Source of the DNA: Octopus bimaculoides
Lineage: Eukaryota
Length of the DNA stretch: 56,599 nucleotides
Assembly: GCF_001194135.2 (NCBI RefSeq)
Contig: NC_068982.1
Span: forward strand, 53,130,940-53,187,538
Reading direction: 5' to 3'
Notes under the pieces: generated by a model
Databases searched by the model: none
What the model saw: only the letters and a program-made list of their open reading frames with translations
Told to the model about the DNA's origin: nothing
Position numbers and translations under genes: made by a program
In this document: in pieces, positions 51,062 through 56,599 of the stretch
How positions within the stretch are numbered: position 1 is the first letter of the stretch
Layout: every line of letters starts with the position of its first letter

Positions 51062-52492
51062 ACTATTACCTATGCATCCTTAAATTCACTACTTAATCGA
51101 TTTGGTTATTACGCATTTGAATCAAACGCAATAAATTTTCCCTTCTGGACCTTTGCGAAATCGCTCATTTTGCTATTGTGTATATTATACATCTGGCTCT
51201 TTCTTGCTATGAGTTTTTCGAACTATACCAGTTCAAATGAATTTTCTCAATAATCTCCACACATCCCATTTTTTTGCAGTCGTTGACTTTATTATACGTG
51301 AGAACGATAACAAATTTCCCTCCTTCTCAGATAGAGAAATAATAATTTTTTTATTCATTAAAATCTTAGTTTCTTTTACAATAAGAGATATCACAAATTA
51401 GAGTATAATCTAACTGTAATAATCAATCATGAATATATAAACATGTATTTAAAATCTTCCATCAAACTTTCATATAAATTTATTTTCCAAACATCAACTC
51501 GATAACGACAAAGTTATCCTATAATTTTTTAATTATTTTCAAAATTAATTGAAACAAAAACAGTGCTGTGTTTACAGAAATATAGTAACAAAAGGGTTAA
51601 TGGACCTCCTTTATAATTTTGGGGTTCTCTTTGTGAAGAATATTCCTGCAACCATTTCTTATCTGTTTTCTGGATACTCTTTAATTATTTCTCTTTACTT
51701 TATCTGCTCTATATTTTTTTCTTTTTCTTATGTTCACGGGCCATTGTCTGTGTTACGACAGCCGTTTGCGGCTTCAAAAAAAAAAAAAATTCGTTGAATT
51801 CTTCAAGACTTGGGAAAATTCGGATTTATAAATAGCTCACCACAAAAGTATATCTAGTTTTAGCTGGTTATTTGATAGCTTTCTCCTTGCCACTTCCAAC
51901 AAAGAGTTTTGCGGGAATGTACTCATCAATCACTTTTTCGAATAATTATCCTGTCTACATCAGCTTCAAAAGGATTTCAATTTGTCTTCAGTGGTATCAC
52001 TTATAGAAAAAAAAAAAAATTCTGGATATCTTTTTTTACTTTAAATCCGATATTGGATAACTTCTTAACCATTTCTTCACAGCCCCATTTTACTCCACCT
52101 GATGGGCCACAGGGAGGAATGACGAAGCAAAGTAGAGAGAGGGAGGCGAGACTAATATATTATTTATTTATCTATTTTGTAGTTAGTTAAAAGCTGAATG
52201 CCTATTTTCCTTGAATGGAAATTTTATGGGCAATTGATGAGCAAAACACCGTAGCTCGAGAAAAAGCAATGTCACTCGAGGTTGACTTTTAAGTGGGTAA
52301 TTAATCAATTTTTTTACATACGAGAGCACGTTCTAAATGTTTGGATCATAGAATGAAACCTGAGCATTTGAATTAGTGACAATATTGTATCAGAACTCCT
52401 CTATGCTGAAAATAGGTAACAACTTATTCCAAGCTCTATGTTTCATAGATTCAAGAATGTCTTGGCAGTTTTTGAATTATTAGGAATTGAGA

Positions 52493-53806
52493 TATAAATT
52501 GGAATCAAAGCGTTCTCGGACTAGCTATGATTGATAAAAAATAACGTATTTGCCTTAGTTTTAGCATCATCTTTTTCGAAATAGGTACCTTGCACAGCAA
52601 TGCATCGCTCCTAGCGAGCGTTCCTGCCACTTGTCGAATCTGGCCTGGAAGCTGTTTTCCATAAGCGAGTCGATGACCTTCTGTGATTAGATCTGGATTT
52701 CGACGTCGGTGTTAAAACGGTAACCTTTGAGCTGCAGTTTCATGTTGCGGAAGAGATGGAAGTCCGCAAGTGCTAAACCTGGGCAATAGTGCGGGTGCGG
52801 ATACGATACCATGTTGTTTTGATGAGAAACTCACGAGTGTGGAGAGCTCGATGACAGGAGGCATTGTCGTCGTGAAGAATCCAATTCTTCGCGCTCCACA
52901 GATCCGGTCGCTTCCACCAAATGTCCTCCTTCAAACGCTTCAAAACGCCGCAGTAGAACTCTTGATTGACGGTCTGGCCTTGGGGAACGAATTCTCGATG
53001 CACAATACCAGGGATGTCGTAAAAAAGGATGAGTATGCTCTTGATTGGACTGCAGCTGTGTATGCCTTCTTTGGTCGTGGAGATGAAGGGCTCTTCCACT
53101 GTGATGACTGCTGGTTCGTCTTAGGGTTGTACCCGCAGACCCAACTCTCGTCATCGGGGATGATCCTCGACATGAAGCATGGGTCATCAGCGGCACGATG
53201 ACGGATATCTTGATAGACTTTGTCGAGATGTTCTTTCTGCTCAGTGGCCAGCAGGCGGAGCACAAACTTGGCAGAGACACGTTGCATGTTCAACTCAGGC
53301 GTCAGGATTACCTGCACGGACCTATACGTCACATCAACAACATCAGTAATGTCACTGATTGTCCTCCGACGACCCTCATGCACAAGCTGATGAATTTTCT
53401 CCACATTTACAGAGGTAACGCTCGTGGTAGGTCTTCCAGATCGCACATCGTGTTCCAGAGACGTTCTTCCGCTTTTGAAACGTCCGTGCCACTCGAAACA
53501 TTGCCGCATCATCGTAACTTGACGAAGCATGTTCAATGTCTCCGTAGCAGACTTCCCAAGTTTAACGCAAAATTTCACGTTGACTCTTTGTTCACCTTCC
53601 TGTCCATGACAAATTCGTAGACTACAGCGTACACATGAACTCAAAATCACAAATTTCACTACTTGCAAACTAAACACAGCAATGTCACTCGGCATACTGC
53701 TTCATGGAGGTCACTGCTAGCTCTCACTGCGCACGCAACGGTGTGTTACCATCTGTCGGCGCGCTACAGAACTAGTCTAAGAACCTTTTGATATCAGAGA
53801 AATTTA
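52493..53806 (-). mobile_element. Full-length decayed mariner (about 1.3 kb)
   Basis: TIRs GGAATCAAAGCGTTCTCGGACTAG (52501-52524) and CTAGTCTAAGAACCTTTTGATATC (53772-53795). Confidence 0.85.
52560..53607 (-). pseudogene. Mariner transposase pseudogene
   Basis: EQRVNVKFCVKLGKSATETLNML, RFKSGRTSLEHDVRSGRP, DDESWVCGYNP, ILHDDNASCH, HPHYCPGLALADF (SPDL motif mutated); frameshifts. Confidence 0.9.
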
Positions 53807-54021
53807 GTTTTTGTAATAAAATCAATATTTGTTGTGTTTTTTTTTGTCAGCTAGATTTCTGATTGAGCTGATAATTAAGAATGTTTTAATATTACATTTT
53901 ACAATGTGCACATAGACATCGGGCCAGTACTTAATTTATCAACACTGAAGGTATGGAGTTCTTAATTATTCTCAAAATTTATTGAAATAACAACAGTGGC
54001 ACCTTATGGTAACATAGGGAT

Positions 54022-54210
54022 AAGTTAGCGAGCTGGCAGAATCGTTACTGCGCCATGCAAAATGCTTAGCATCATTCCCTCTGTCTTTATGTTCTGAGTT
54101 CAAATTCCGTCGGTGTCGACTTTGCCTTCCATCATTTCGGGGTCGACTTTACCGTTCATCATTTCCGGGTCGATAAAATAAGTACCAGTTTACCACTGGG
54201 ATCGACGTAA
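54022..54210 (+). mobile_element. SINE family 2 with an internal duplication of about 25 bp
   Basis: CATCATTTC(G/C)GGGTCGA occurs twice in tandem. Confidence 0.8.
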
Positions 54211-56289
54211 TTTGAAATTAATATAGTAACATAAAGAATAATCCAGCTCTGTTATAGTTTTACTATTCTCCTTGTCAAATGTATGACTTGTGAGCAGGTA
54301 TGAATTTAAGCTCAAAATGTAGTGAAATGAGCCTAAATAATATAAGGCTCTTTAATCTGGCGTTCAAACATTTCTTTCTTTTCGACACTAATGATATCTT
54401 TAACACGGGATTAGAAGAGCTGACTTTGTAGTTAAAACGCTAAGCTCTCAATAAGTTTGCTCCGAAATGTTATTGGCTTTGCTTTCGGACTTAAAATTCC
54501 TCACTTGCACTAATACATTAGTAAGGAAGTTCACTTCTCTTCCGATAGTAATAGCATTACGAACAGCAAAGCACAACATTCGGCTGTCACATTAGAAATC
54601 ACTCTTCAAAAATATAAGGAAGTGTCTGTAACACACACACACACACACACAAATAGAGGGTAAAGTCGACTTAATGACAGTTCAGTATTAGCTTGAGCAT
54701 TGCAAAATCTAAGGAGAGAAAACGAACATGTTTTCACTGAGAGTGCACCATATATCAAAATGAAGATTTGAGGAAACTATTGAAAGAATCAGCATTATTT
54801 GGTTATTGAATGTAATTAACCTTAACATGAATGTTCGCTTGAAGTATCTTCTTATAAGGAAATACGGAGATCTAGATACTAAGAAGCATTTAACAGAGAT
54901 CAATCAACTATGTGAGAACCCACCCTAAACTACATATCATGTATATTTTGAGTCATAAATTGACTAGCATTCCTGTTAATGGAGTAATCGATTTGGAAAG
55001 GAAGAACCAACAAACTTTAATAATTTACGGGATAACTTAGAAAAATGTCACAAGAATTCATCCTGAAATAATTACATAATCCTATACACACACATGTGCG
55101 CGCTCACACACACACGTGTACATATGTATGTACATATATAAACATAATAAAATAACAATGTAAAAGCTTTTATTTTTCATTCCTTTTGAAGCTTGCTCTT
55201 AAATGTGGTTTTGGTCGTTTCAACTACTTCTTATATCTTGTAAAAACTGCCTGTTGAAGGCAGTTTTGTCTTGTGTTTAAACGTACATTATTTTATATTG
55301 AGAATATGTTGTCTATTGAATTTTTATACATGCTAGGCCACTGGCAGTGAAATTTCTAAAAAAACTCACTACCCTATATATTTTACATATATATATATAT
55401 ATATATATATATANNNNNNNNNNNNNNNNNNNNNNNNNNNNNNNNNNNNNNNNNNNNNNNNNNNNNNNNNNNNNNNNNNNNNNNNNNNNNNNNNNNNNNN
55501 NNNNNNNNNNNNNNNNNNNNNNNNNNNNNNNNNNNNNNNNNNNNNNNNNNNNNNNNNNNNNNNNNNNNNNNNNNNNNNNNNNNNNNNNNNNNNNNNNNNN
55601 NNNNNNNNNNNNNNNNNNNNNNNNNNNNNNNNNNNNNNNNNNNNNNNNNNNNNNNNNNNNNNNNNNNNNNNNNNNNNNNNNNNNNNNNNNNNNNNNNNNN
55701 NNNNNNNNNNNNNNNNNNNNNNNNNNNNNNNNNNNNNNNNNNTGTATGTGTATCGATCCTGCTCTCAGGGCTTTCAGCTCAAATCCAACAAAGGTTAAAT
55801 TTGCCTTTCATCATTTCGGGGTTTGTTAAATAAAGTACCAGCCCTACAATGAGATCCACTTTCTCTAAATCTTTTATTCTGTCTGTCTCATTCTTTCCTT
55901 CTTGGAGCAATCCACTTTGGTCAGATCCTGCATACGGATGGGCCCAACGAGGCCCACATAAAACATACATAAAACACGTAGTATGTCACAACAGCACTTC
56001 TCTGACTATCAAATAGTTAAGAGTTCTTGTTATGGCATGTGTGCGTGTGTGGATGGGGGCGTGTGTGCGAGTGCGTGTGCGTGTGAGTGTGCAAGCACTC
56101 TAATTTACGTTAAGTGTTAAGGCGATTCTAACGTGTGTCAATGAAAACGTCAGTAATTAACTGTCGCTTGCATTAATTGGGTGCGGTATCATCTGTGCAC
56201 CGGAGATCAATGAATGATATAGTTTTGGTCTTTGTTCTGCCAGGGTTTGAATAGCGCACCATCTGTGCGGTATGAGATCTCGACGCCAT

Positions 56290-56580
56290 ATGGGCGTTTG
56301 GCCATTGTAAACGCCTGCAAAGCTGAGAAGATGGAAAAGAGAGTAGCGGGAATTTTCGCTTCCATGTCTTAATCTAGTTCTCACTTCAAACTAACCTTTA
56401 TATATATAATATATAAATATCTGCATAATATATATATATACACATACATACACATACATGCATACAATGGGCGTTTGCCCATTGTAAACGCGTGCAAAGC
56501 TGAGAAGATGGAAAAGAGTTGTGGGAATTTTCGCATCCATGTCTTAATCTAGTTCTCACTTCAAACTAAGCTTTATATAT
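56290..56580. repeat. Tandem duplication of a ~113-bp unit, period 177
   Basis: ATGGGCGTTTG...CTTCAAACTAA at 56290 and 56467, separated by AT/ATAC microsatellite. Confidence 0.9.
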
Positions 56581-56599
56581 ATATATATATATATATATA

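Noticed and set aside
52770-53620. Plus-strand ORFs of 140-143 aa
   Set aside because: Antisense to the mariner transposase.
1-56599. CRISPR arrays, rRNA, operon-like or viral gene clusters
   Set aside because: No regularly spaced repeat-spacer array, rRNA-like segment or dense intact ORF cluster seen.

Overview
AT-rich, gap-ridden eukaryotic DNA with no host protein-coding gene I can support; it is most likely intronic or intergenic. The SINE families and microsatellite density look like Octopus (coleoid cephalopod), which is an inference from recognised repeat motifs. About 15 N-gaps, nearly all flanked by (AT)n/(GT)n, produce most of the long X-containing ORFs. Contents: (i) a 3.4-kb decayed Sola3-like DDD transposon (TTAA TSD, 24-bp TIRs, about 1000-codon broken ORF) inserted just after the stop codon of a decayed mariner; (ii) two more mariner relics; (iii) a 5'-truncated RTE LINE with a 16-bp TSD, Penelope-like (PLE) RT and GIY-YIG relics, and an L2/CR1-group tail; (iv) three tRNA-derived SINE families, Helentron-type HINEs and several MITEs/fold-back elements, two of which carry telomeric (TTAGGG)n. 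The most notable structure is at 29771-30916: two inverted, terminally redundant, circularly permuted copies of a roughly 360-nt unit. Each copy holds part of a type I hammerhead ribozyme, and together they reconstruct a full fold, making this a candidate octopus retrozyme (circular-RNA retroelement). All family names come from motif recognition, not database searches, and SINE/MITE boundaries are approximate.
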